From positions 88,786,001 to 88,850,000 of the forward strand of contig NC_087436.1 of assembly GCF_036321535.1 (NCBI RefSeq): DNA of 64,000 nucleotides, given 5' to 3'. The stretch comes from Camelus dromedarius (Eukaryota). Positions 53,197-64,000 of this stretch are shown in pieces. The position numbers and the translations under genes are program-made. The notes beneath the pieces are model-generated. The model worked only from the letters and a program-made list of their open reading frames with translations, was not told the DNA's origin and did no database searches. Each line of letters begins with the position of its first letter. The first letter of the stretch is position 1.

Positions 53197-53702
53197 GTAA
53201 GTAGTGCTATGTCCCAAAAGGTTTTCATTTAAAATTACAGAAATTTATAATCAAGAATTTGTAGCTCATTGTTAATGTAATTAGTGGGTTAAATTACAAA
53301 ACGAGTGGTTTCTTACTTTCTGGAAAGAGGTGGAGTTTTTCAGTTACTAGTCTGAATTGTGTTTTATGTGTCAATGTAATATTTCTTACATAAAGTCATA
53401 CTAAGGAAATGCTACAGAAGTGGTGTGGAAACGGGGGTTAATTTTTTTCTTCCTCTTTGAAAGTGTTCTGTTTCTTCTCTAGCTGGAGCCAGTAGCTCAT
53501 GTTTAGATTTTGAGCTTTTGAGCAAAACCTTGCCGACAGATATATTGTTTGTTCCTGATCCCCTTAATATATATAACCAAAGACCCCTCTTTAATTTGAT
53601 TGCCAAGCACTACAGGAGTGAATTCTACTGTGGTGACATCTAGGGTTAGGAGGGGGCGTTGTTTTATGTGTAAAAATTGATCTCATCTTTTAAAGAATGA
53701 AC

Positions 53703-53917
53703 CTACCTGCTAGTTGCACATTTGTACCTGTAACAGCATCTTCCCAATTGCTCACCTCCCGCCCCTACCCGCCAGCCACTGGTAACTACCAGTCTATTCT
53801 CTGTCTATACAAATTCAGCTCTTTTAGACCCCACACAGTATTTATCTTTCTCTTTCTGAGTTCTTTCAGCATAAACTTATACAATGGTATATGTCAATTA
53901 TATCTCAATAATTAAAA
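53703..53917. mobile_element. Short 5'-inverted LINE-1 3' end
   Basis: Antisense L1 3'UTR (about 53707-53874) joined to a sense L1 terminus (aacttatacaatggtatatgtcaattatatctcaataattaaaa); TSD aaagaatgaac at 53692-53702 and 53918-53928. Confidence 0.78.
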
Positions 53918-55655
53918 AAAGAATGAACTAACCTTTTAAAGAGCTGTGTTCAGTTCTGAATGACCTCTCATGAATTAAACCCAGCAAAATTCTCCTTGCT
54001 TATTTACCTTTTTGACTTTGTGATTAGCTGTAGAATCTTTAGGTAGTATATTCTTGAGCGACATAAGAAGTTTTTAATGTGAACAAGATGAGGAGAGACA
54101 TCGGGCCAATGATGTGAAACAATATTCAGCATTAGAGAATACCGAAGGAAGTATGGGGGGATCAGGAGTATGATCAGAGAAATGCCTCAGAGTGGTGAGT
54201 GTCAGAAATGGCCCCATGATGGGAAACTGGTAGTTCCTAGAAGCACATGTCTAGTTGCCCCTCAGTGCATCCATAAAAATATTGGAAAATGTGTATATGT
54301 ACAAACCATCCCACAGGTCATAACAATAGATACAGACTCTCTTCTGGGACTGGACTGCCTAGTCTTGGGACAAAGAATGTGAAGCAACTGTAACTGTATG
54401 CGTCATAGAATTTATGGTTGGAAGAGGCTTTAGAGATGATCTAATCTAACCCTTCCTTTTACCAATGAGATAACTGGAGAAAAGAGAAGAAAAAGGAGGA
54501 GAGGGGAGGACTTGAGTGTAGCTTGGTAGTTAAATAGGTCAGTGGAGAGGACCAGTTTATAGTTAGTGCGGGAAGAACAACAGTCTTACCACTCAATGTA
54601 ATTCTTCTGAAGACGGCAGGATTTCATGAAGTTTGCACTCTTAGGGTGACTTTGTCTCTATCTAATGGTAATAATCATGATTTTCTCTTAGACCAGTCTC
54701 TGCCCCAGCTCCCACTTCCAGCATCTTTTGCAGGCTGAGAGTGTGCTAGCTTTTCTGGTTCCTGTCCAAGCATCCCCCCATTGTGTCTTTCTTCTTTTCT
54801 CTCCCCTACATCTTCTATCTTCTCCACTTAATACATCCTCCAAGATCCATGGTCCCTCTGCAAGTCTGTCAATGACAGTAGCCCTGTTGATGAAACTTAT
54901 GATAGTTCCTCATTATTGAATCTGTTATTCATGGATCTACAAACGTCTTTCAAAGTCTTGTTTATATTAAGGTGATTCCATGTCTCACGGCAAAGAATGC
55001 TTTAGATTCTGCCCTCTGTGAGAAGGAACATCACTTAGTTCTCTTTTTTCCCTAGGAAAGTATAGTTTGGGACATAGGTTAAATCCAAGATAAAAGGAAT
55101 CATAAAGGAAAACAAATATTTTGCATTTTTTCCCAGGAGTTCTTTCAGCTATGAGTTATATATTAAGACAGCTCAGTAGAAAAGCCAAGTTTAGCATCAG
55201 GAAAGATGACAGGAGCAGATCTGCCTTGCCCTTTTCCTATAGAGAGGTAAGTTGCAATTCTTAGAAACAGGACAGCATTGTCACAGATCATCAGATCAGC
55301 TGTTCTGCATTGTGAAACCCAAATCACAGTTCTGTTCATTTGAGCCAGTGTAAAAATCACAAAGTTTTCATAAGGAAAGAAAACAACAACTAAACAAAAC
55401 AGAAAGCAAGACATTCTATGGGCTCTAAGGAAGCTGGGTGGTTGTTATTCATCTGGAAAACAGACAGGTCTTACCCCATAGTGATGGTGGCCAGAGGGCT
55501 GCATGCTTAGGTGGGAGGTGATGTCCCATCATAGAAGGGTTATTGAAGGCACCAGAGTGATAGTAACAGACTCTCTTCTAGACCTACGAGCTGTACAGTT
55601 CTGAGTGTCTGTCATGCTAGTTCCCAACGTCCTTGGAGGTCCTTGTTTTCTGTAG

Positions 55656-55766
55656 ATTGCAGCCCCACAGAGGAGCATCGCTGCGGAGATGGGCGCTGCA
55701 TCGCCATAGAATGGGTGTGTGACGGTGACCACGACTGTGTGGACAAGTCCGATGAGGCCAACTGCT
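55656..55766 (+). CDS. CORIN: CORIN coding exon (approx. exon 8), LDLR class A repeat 3
   Basis: ttgttttctgtag|AT ... TGCT|gtgagt; 111 nt, phase 1-1. Translates (D)[36 protein letters not shown]. Confidence 0.97.
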
Positions 55767-56734
55767 GTGAGTGCCCTGAGGATTTTCATTCTGCTTATTT
55801 CCCCGCTTCTGCCTGTTTAGTCAGATATGCTCAAGGCTCACTATCTAAACAGATTCTTCTGCTCTGGCCCTGGCCTATAATGACAATAACTGGATGGTGT
55901 GGTGACCACAGCCTTCTGCGTCTCTCTCTCTCTCCACATCTCCCAGCCTAATCTGGCCTCTCTGGCCAAGCAGGTGGCTGTTTTCTCTCTTGTTGTCCAT
56001 GTATCTCCTTTCTGCATCTGTGACTTTGTCAGAGAGGATGTTCCTCCTGGGGGCTGGGGGACTTTTCTTCTGCAAACAATATATGAGCTGTTAAGCAGGA
56101 GCCTCCAGACATACTCTCAGGTGCCATTTGTGGGAGAACATGGAGAGATCTGGCAGAGAGAGGAGAGCCTTCAGGGGTCAGAGAGTGACAGTGTGTGACA
56201 ATAATAAAACTTCAGAGCTTGTTGTGGTTCTGGGTGAGTAAAGCATCTCCTGGTAGCTGTTACACCACTCCCTAATAAAATCAGGTGTTACTTGTCATTT
56301 TTTTTTTCCCCTAGAAATAGCACTATACTCAGTAGAGTATAATAAAATGTTTGAACAGAGGCAGGTAGGTGTTAAAAGAGAGTAAAGTTGACCTGAAAGA
56401 GTGAATATGATGCGTTTTCAAACTAATTACACTTTTTATTTCATTTTTCTAATTTGTCTAATCAAATTAGAAAAAGCAGATATATGTGAGACTGACTATT
56501 TAATTTGCCTGTAATTTGAGGCAAAAATAGAAATATGGGTTGCATGGTTTTTATTTTGACATAAGAAAAGTCATAAACATTAGTTAGTAAATGCAATGCC
56601 CAGCTCTCTTCTTTCCAGAATTGAATTTGAACTGGAACATCACCTGAGTCCTTGCTTAGTGGACAGAGTGGAACAGAGTGGACTGTATTTTGATGAATCT
56701 TGGAAAAGCAAGGATATGGTGCTCATGTATGCAT

Positions 56735-56737
<3 letters not shown>

Positions 56738-56784
<47 letters not shown>

Positions 56785-56788
56785 GTAT
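56738..56788. repeat. (GT)n microsatellite
   Basis: Directly visible. Confidence 0.95.
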
Positions 56789-57009
56789 AGGAACAGAAAC
56801 TCAGTGAAGGCTGAGGTCACATGATACATGGGTCTCTGAGGCTCTAACAGACAGTAAGTATAGAATTAAGACAACCTTCAGGAATTGGAAGGTTAATGGC
56901 CACTAGACCATCCCTTTTAAATGTCAGATGTCATAAACAAGTTTTGAAGTTAAGTGTTTATTTTGAGGTGAGTTCTATGCCATTCTTTCAAACGCACCAT
57001 TTCATTGGT

Positions 57010-57260
57010 GCAGTAGGTGAAATGCTGGGGTTTAGGGTTCAAAAAGCTTGCCTTCACATCCTGGCCCTACCTTTTAATAGTCTTGAGACTTTAAGAGATA
57101 CACTAAACTCTCTAAGCTTCAGTTTCCTTATTCTAAACAAGGTTGATAATATCCGCTTTGCAAGTTTGTTATGAGGATTTGAGATGAGACATGTAATACT
57201 CCTAACATAGTTACTGCCATGAAGTAAGCCTTTAATTGTAGCTTTTATATTAGTAGTATA
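57010..57260 (+). mobile_element. MIR SINE
   Basis: catcctggccctacc...aactctctaagcttcagtttccttattc...gttatgaggatttgagatgagacatgtaa. Confidence 0.7.
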
Positions 57261-57544
57261 ACTACTACTGTCATAAATAGTTTTACCATGCAGTGATCAT
57301 GAAAAAGTTAGTTTTTTGTAAGTGCTATTTGATAAGTCAAGAGAAATTCTGGAAAGAAAACTTTCCACTCCAGAAATACTTGAAATGAAAAAAATTAATG
57401 ATCTATTCATTCATTGAAGCAGAACAGTCAGATATTCAGAACGCTTTATTGTTTGGTGATGCCAGATAAATGGGAATCATTTCTATGATCTGCACTGAAA
57501 GAAGTATAGATAATTAAAGTGCATGTCATTTTGGCATTTCCTAG

Positions 57545-57664
57545 CGTGTCACAGCCAGGGGCTGGTGGAGTGCAGAAACGGACAGTGCATCCCCAGCACC
57601 TTCCAGTGTGATGGAGATGAGGACTGTAAGGACGGGAGTGACGAAGAGAGCTGCAGCGATGACG
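57545..57664 (+). CDS. CORIN: CORIN coding exon (approx. exon 9), LDLR class A repeat 4
   Basis: catttcctag|CG ... GACG|gtaagt; 120 nt, phase 1-1. Translates (S)[39 protein letters not shown](G). Confidence 0.97.
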
Positions 57665-58289
57665 GTAAGTCCGGAAACGGTCCTTACCGGCAGACCTTCC
57701 CTGGGAACAGAGCAAATCGCTGAAAGTTACCCGAGTGCTTAAGTAGGATTCCCATGTAAATCATTCCAGATTGCCTCACAGCTCTGGTCAGCCAGGAACC
57801 CCTTCTTGTAAATATAATTCTCATGCAGCTCACACTAAAAATAATTCCTAAGGGTGAAGGGTAGAGGTTAGACACTTAAGCTGCCGGGGCAGCGTCAGTT
57901 AGGGGGAAAAACCATGACAAAGAGAAAAGTAGTGTATAGTAGTCAATTCAATTAGACTAGATTCCAATTAGAAGGAACTGGCTTCTGAAATTAAATGTAA
58001 TGGCTCCCTAAAATAACCACATGCAGAGAAGCAGTTTAACACCTCACATTACCAAGCAATATTCTTAAATACACTTTAAAAGGAGTCTGAGATCATCTGT
58101 GAGACCCCGGAAAAAAAAGTACACCAAATAAGTTGGTTTTTAAAATGGGTCTATGTCAGGAAAGAAAGTTCCACGCTGATTGTTTGAAGCCCCGGTTTGT
58201 ACAAAAGCATCTCTTTGTACAGGGCTGGAAATATCCCTCGACTTAAACATCACTACATTTGTTTGAGTGACCTTGCCTCTTACCTACAG

Positions 58290-58480
58290 AGCCTAGTTGT
58301 TAAGAATGTGGATATTGCAGTCCAGCTGCCTGGGTTCAGATCCCAGCTCTGGTACCCACCACCTGGTTGACTTCAGGCCAGTAACTTAGCCTGTTGCATC
58401 TCAGTTTCTGGGTCTGTAATCTCAGAATAATGACAGCGACTTCACAGAGTTAGCACGTGGTGAGTTGGCTGTTACCGCAT
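58290..58480 (+). mobile_element. MIR SINE
   Basis: gttaagaatgtgg...gctgcctgggttcagatcccagctctg...catctcagtttc. Confidence 0.75.
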
Positions 58481-58929
58481 GGTGACTGTGTGAAAGTATG
58501 CCTTGGGCTGTGTGTTTCCCAAATCAGCTAATGAGATTGGTCACCTGTGACTAAATTACCTTTCTCATAGTGAATATTGATCACTAGAATGGCTTTGATG
58601 AGAAAGCATTCCAGACCTCCAGGAGAGCCTTTTCATCACAGACTTACTACATGAAAAAACTAGATCAGGAGTGCTTCATGTTACCGATTTTTAAAATTCA
58701 GGAGAGCCTTTTCTAGCCATGAGTGATTATGTGCATATCAGCCAAGCACCTCCCTTTTGATCAGATAGTTCCTTTTTTCTACAGAATTCACTGCTGTTTG
58801 AAATACTTTTGGATTCTTCATGATGCAGTGGCAGGATTTGTAAATATTTCCTTACATGTGTGTGAAAGATGTAAGAAAGTCATGTGATCAAATGGATTGC
58901 GAAGTAAACTTGTAGCATCCTTATATTAT

Positions 58930-59450
58930 TCAGGCTAGTGAATTTAACCAAATAGATGTGTACCATGGTGCTGGAAACTTAGTGCCAGCGAAACAGCTCA
59001 TGGGGCTGGCAGGCTCCTGGGGGTGAGACAGGAATGATACAAATAATGGTGCTAGTCCCTGTCTAACTGCGGAGTGATATGGGTCAGGAGGAAATTCAGG
59101 GTCGTAGGATGCTATGTATGGTGTGAATTCCCTGGAAAGGGGCTTCTGGGAAGCCCCCTGAGGAGGAGACATTGGAGGTAAGATCTGAAGACTGAATGAA
59201 ATTAACAAAGGACAGTGGGACGGGAGAAAGCATTTCAGACACGGGGAACTGCTTGGCCAAAGGTCCCACAGCAGGAAGGAGCAAGGTAGTTTAGAGTTCT
59301 GGGAGAAGGCCATTGTCATTAGAGAGCTGAGAGTGAAGGGGAGTGAGTTATAATGGAATAATTGTCAGAGTGATCGCGGGCTGGTTCTGCTCCACAAGGC
59401 TGGGAGGGAGGCAGGGACCCCTTCTCCCAGGGCTTGGGGCCCTATTAAAG
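58930..59450 (-). mobile_element. LINE-2 3' fragment
   Basis: gaagccccctgaggaggagacatt...gatctgaagactga...gcatttcagacacggggaactgcttggccaaaggtcc. Confidence 0.7.
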
Positions 59451-60869
59451 ATTTAGGTGTCTCCAACCCTCAGCCTCTCTCTCAGCCTTCCTGTTGAGTC
59501 TCCCTTAACCTCCAATGATTCCAGCCTGTGAACATTTTTACTCTAGACCTCTACATATCCTGCTATTTGCTGGGGAAACCCATCCACCCCTCTTACCTCA
59601 ACTTACCCCATCTGCCTGAAAAACTCCTTTGAGACGCTTTACTCTTAAACTGCCCTGGTTTGCTTTTCCTGCTTTTCATGGGTCCCTTCAGTGGAGCGGT
59701 GACCACACAGCATCGTAAGATTCCCTTCACGACGGTGTCCCTGATCAGAGCAGGAATGATTGGGCTTTGTTATCTTTCAACGCTCAGGGCCAAGCTTGCC
59801 GCATAAGCTGTCACCTCGCAGGCACTTAATATCTGCAGAAATAAGAAGTGCATGTTGTCCTCATAAAATTTCTGTAAGAGACCGATTTCATGGAAATTAT
59901 CCGAACTTACCTTGCAAAAAAAAGTTTGACCTGGTAACATTAAAAAAAGGAGGAGGGGTAGTAATATCTCTTTTCTGCAAGGCTATGATTTATAGTGTTG
60001 TACATTAATGGCGCTGGAAGAAAGAAAGAGCCCAGCATAATAAATATTGTCTTAGAATTATAGATAAGAATGGTTGTATGTATACTATGCTGTTATTTAC
60101 ATTTAAAAATGCCTTGCAAGATTTTCTAGATTCCAGATGATGGATCTGAAAGTAATTGGCTATAATGGGGGAGAGCTGGAAAGTGAATGGGCAGTAATTT
60201 ATTACCTTATCCATTTAATCTACAAATGACCAGGAAATCAGTGGGAAAAGCAGTTTCCTCTCTAAATACCTTAAGGAAAAGCCATTAGGCTGACATTACT
60301 GTTGTCATTCATTTGGAAACAAGAAACCCAATTCTCAGGTCACTGCAGCTAGGCCAAGGATACTTTCCAAGGACATACAGAAAATCTGGATAACAGCTGC
60401 ACGAGACTTGTACTGTAATAAAGCCTCCTTTTTGTGTTGATGCCCTGTTTGTTATTAAGAAAAGCATTTTCCTTAGAGGGAAGACTAGAGTAGGGATCAA
60501 ATGGGTCTTTAAAATACTGGTCTTTCCCTGCAATCACTGGAATTTTATTTTGTAAGCAACTGTATGCACCCATGTCAATATAAAAATGCTATCTTTTCCA
60601 TTAAAAGCAACAACAGCCTGTTTTTTTGAGGATCAGTTGCCTCTTCGTTTCTTCATGCCTACAGAATCCTTCTGGAATAACTGTGCTGTATTTAGTCACC
60701 AGGAAAATTAATCCAAAAAATACCTACTCAAACACGTGTTCAATATTTTCGGAGAAGTTGGAAGGAAGTGAAAGCTGTGTCATTCCTCCTCTCTACCAGA
60801 TCCCTCAGATCCTTGTGTGAGGAATTTACAGGTGCTGATCAAAGTGATGTGCCTCTCCCGTCTCTGCAG

Positions 60870-60977
60870 GTCAGACTCCGTGTCAAGAAGGAGACCAAAG
60901 ATGCCTGTACAACTCCTGCCTTGATTCATGTGGTGGCAGCGCTCCTTGTGACCCCGGCAACAGTCTGAATAACTGTA
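60870..60977 (+). CDS. CORIN: CORIN coding exon (approx. exon 10), degenerate LDLR class A repeat 5
   Basis: ctctcccgtctctgcag|GT ... TGTA|gtaagt; 108 nt, phase 1-1. Translates (G)QTPCQEGDQRCLYNSCLDSCGGSAPCDPGNSLNNC(S), matching recalled corin QTSCQEGDQRCLYNPCLDSCGGSSLCDPNNSLNNC. The ORF track shows only other frames here. Confidence 0.96.
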
Positions 60978-62198
60978 GTAAGTACAGCCGCTGACAAAGA
61001 CAGTCACCGCATCAGGATATGCATTCAGCTTTTTCCTTTTGCGTTGACATTAAAATGCTGAAGCCTGGAATCCCTCCAAGATATGTATGTGTGTGTGTGT
61101 ATATATATATTATATATATAAATTATATATATATGATCTCTTTTTTTTAAGTTTCCACGTGGTAGCAGAAAAGAAGCAAAATGGCCTTACTTAAATCATA
61201 AACAAATGTGTCCTCATGCATGGGCGATGAGTCCATGTTGCTGAATGTCATTACCATGACTTTCCATTTAGCGTCGGCTCCTATATATTATTTTCTTGGC
61301 TCCATCAGCCGGCAGATGCTATCTTTCTTCCTTTTTAAAGCCCAGCTTCAAAAATGGAAACTTTATCCAAGAAGCAAATATGACATTCATCTAAACAGCC
61401 ACATGAAACTTTGGCGATCTGTTCTCGTAATAAAATTTATCCTCACCCTTCCAGGAACTTTGCTGGTCTATCATAACGATCTTGCGGCCATGATGTTAAT
61501 CTGTGTCCATGACAGTGGAACCGCTCCAAGTGGTCCAGACAGGTGGCTCTCTCTAAACTGGCTGCAGGAGGAGGAAGGATTAGGGGAAGGTGGGATGAGT
61601 AGGAGGAGCAGAAAGTCTTGTGGGAAATTTAAAACGAAAACCCCTGAAGGCTCTGATTTCAAGTGACGGTTTCTTACTTCTGGGCTCTGCTTTCATTTTC
61701 TGCTCACTTCTTTCACTTCTGATAATTAATTTTTGGCCTCCCTGTCAGCTTGGGCTTGAGATTTAGAAGCACATCTATCAGCTTTCAGCTGGCAAGAAGG
61801 CGTGACTTCCTGGTACAGATCCTAGCAATGAGGGCCCCTGGAGGCTGGGAGGCCGAAAGGCTGAAGGGTTTGGGTCCTGGAATTTGTTGACGCTTTCGGA
61901 TCCTGATTCGACTCCGTGACCTTCCTGGGTCAATGCAGAGCTTGTAGGCGGGCCTTTACCCCCTAGGGGACTTCAAGGGGTGAGAGCAGTGAGCTGGACA
62001 GGAGTGTGAAGGAGACAGCCAATTAAAAACTGAGACTGACATGCTTTTTTGTTTATTTTCACAAGCTCTTAATGGCTGTTTGGCTGGAAGTGCAGTAGCC
62101 AGCCCTCCTCCCTTCCCCACCGGAGAGAACCGTTCAGATAGATAGCAGCCTGACCACCAAGACGCACGGTCATTTTGCTCACTCTACACTGATTAAAT

Positions 62199-62262
62199 AT
62201 ACGTGTATGTGTGTACATATGTATGTGTATATGTGTGTATGTGTATGTAGGTGTATACATGT
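62199..62262. repeat. (TATG/TG)n low-complexity repeat
   Basis: atacgtgtatgtgtgtacatatgtatgtgtatatgtgtgtatgtgtatgtaggtgtatacatgt. Confidence 0.9.
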
Positions 62263-63344
62263 ACTGTTTGACTTTGCTTATCTCCCAGTCTGCCCTGGAA
62301 CTCTTTCAGAATTATTTTTTTACTTCACCTTGACCTTGGGATGCAGAATTTTGAACAATGTCAGTGTTGTCTCAGACACGTGTATTTTATTAGAGTTTTG
62401 GGGGTTGTCTGATGTGGAATGGCACTTACTGTAAGATTTTTAAAAAAGTTGAAACAGCAGCGTTAGCCCGTGTCCTAGTTAGGCGGGGAGTAACGGGCCT
62501 ATGTTATCCTACTTTCTTTCTCTGTACTTAAAATATTTCAAGATTAAAAATATGTAATCACCCATTAAAAAAAGAGAAATTGTTGGAAGGACACTAGATA
62601 ACTTGGGTCAGATGTATATTTAACCAATATTAATAGCGTGCTTGTGATGTCCCAGGCACTGGGATGGGTGCTGGGCACTTTAACGGCAAGGAAGGAAGAC
62701 ATGAGTCTAGCCTTCCTGGAGACAACTGTTCAATGGGGGACACATACTGACATCTTCCCGCTTACATATTATGACTTTGGTTTTCTCTTTATGTTCTTCA
62801 GATGCACTCAGTTTCCCAGGGTCTCACTGTCTCATCAGCTTCCTCATTCACCATAGGTTTTCTTGCCAGGTTCTCTCTGTATATATTCACCAAACATTTG
62901 AACACCCTCTCTTCTGAGTACCAGGTACTGGGCTCGTCATTGGTCCCCATTCCTTCTGTGTTATTAAAAACAGTGTATATGCCTAACTTCCAGTTGAGAA
63001 TAAAGATGCTATTCCTTACTTTTCAAAGAGCTTCAGGGTGGTATGTGTGTACTTGGCTCTCTGGAAACATGGACAAGTAGCATCTCCTCTCGGAAAACTC
63101 TTCATGTGCTTGAAAATGTGATGAATTATTTAGAGACCTTTGTCACCGTCAGAGACCATTGCCATTTAGATTCTGGGGCACTGGGCAGCACTGTCTTTCT
63201 CTGGCTCCCTGCCAGTGGAGAATATGAGTTTGGAGAATTTGGATATTCTGTCTGGTGGAGTCAGCCTCTCACTGGAGTGGCTGGGAGGCTTGTCCTTGAA
63301 GACAGTGGTTCTTGCCATCCCATAAACTATTATATTACTTTCTA

Positions 63345-63437
63345 ATGGTCCCTGAAGGTATACTGGGTGGGACCCAAGCATCAGTAGTTTCAGAATTCCC
63401 CAGGTGACATTTTGCAGCCAAGGTTGAGAGTCATTGC
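63345..63437. mobile_element. MER5A-like hAT-Charlie fragment
   Basis: ctgggtgggacccaagcatcagtagttt...ccccaggtgac...gcagccaaggttgagagtcattgc. Confidence 0.65.
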
Positions 63438-64000
63438 TTTAGTGGCCTATTCATGACTAGAATGCTGGGGGTAGTGACATTTCTGAAATTGGATGTGAGA
63501 AATATCTTTATGGTTTTCATGTTTTTTAATGGAGAAGTTCCATGCTTTATCTCAGATCCCCAGAAAGGCCTAAAAATTTTCTTTAAAAAGCCTAAATTAC
63601 ATGTTTCAGATGATTGTGTACTGACGGCTTGAAGTATCACAGTGTCACCACATCCACTCCAGCCCAGAATCTTTAAAACATTTGCACCCTGCTGGGAGGC
63701 AAAGTGCAGATATATCCTTGCCTTAGGGGTTAGGACCTGGACTGTTATTCCCCCTCACCGTGGTGTGGAGGGGCTGACCCACCACTTCCGTCGCGTAGTG
63801 TGCAGTGCGGACAGCTGGGAGATCCTGGTGGGGAGAGCAGCTCCTGGGCGTGTGTCTCTCCCCGCATCTCTGTGCCCTCACATGCCAGGGCTGTGTGAAG
63901 CCGGCATAACTGTTGTACCTCAAGGACCCTTGTGGTTTCCCATAGTGTCCCATGAACCCTTAGGTCTACATGTTTACTCTATACTTTTTTCTTCAACACT

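Noticed and set aside
58619..58715. Three degenerate copies of caggagagccttt
   Set aside because: Irregular spacing and short length; looks like a local duplication, not an array.
61208..61666. 152-aa ORF after the LDLRA5 exon as the next corin exon
   Set aside because: It does not resemble Frizzled domain 2; the next exon is apparently beyond the window.
1..64000. Prokaryote-style novel system (operon, CRISPR array, defence island)
   Set aside because: The sequence is CpG-depleted, repeat-rich mammalian intron with spliced exons; I saw no regularly spaced repeats and no long ORFs.

Overview
Mammalian genomic DNA, most likely camelid (alpaca/llama/camel), judging by a Vic-1-like tRNA-derived SINE. 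The window is the middle of CORIN (the pro-ANP-converting type II transmembrane serine protease) on the + strand. Six coding exons splice in frame with canonical AG/GT boundaries: 2473-2654, 43838-43951, 53089-53196, 55656-55766, 57545-57664 and 60870-60977. They appear equivalent to human exons 5-10 and encode the C-terminal half of Frizzled domain 1 and LDLR class A repeats 1-5. The gene start and end lie outside the window. The rest is intron, including one of 41.2 kb, filled with L1, L2, MIR, ERV1/ERVL/MaLR LTRs, hAT DNA transposons and microsatellites. Nearly all ORFs in the supplied track are spurious. I found no convincing new multi-gene system. The best leads are: (1) a lineage-specific change at the end of LDLRA4 (extra codon plus lost N-glycan sequon); (2) a CpG-retaining CTCF plus cardiac TF motif cluster deep in the long intron; (3) an ERV1 solo LTR with overlapping NF-kB/GAS motifs; (4) a fossil hAT transposase; (5) several mechanistically informative retrotransposition scars. 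Repeat family names and human CORIN comparisons come from recall, not from a database search.
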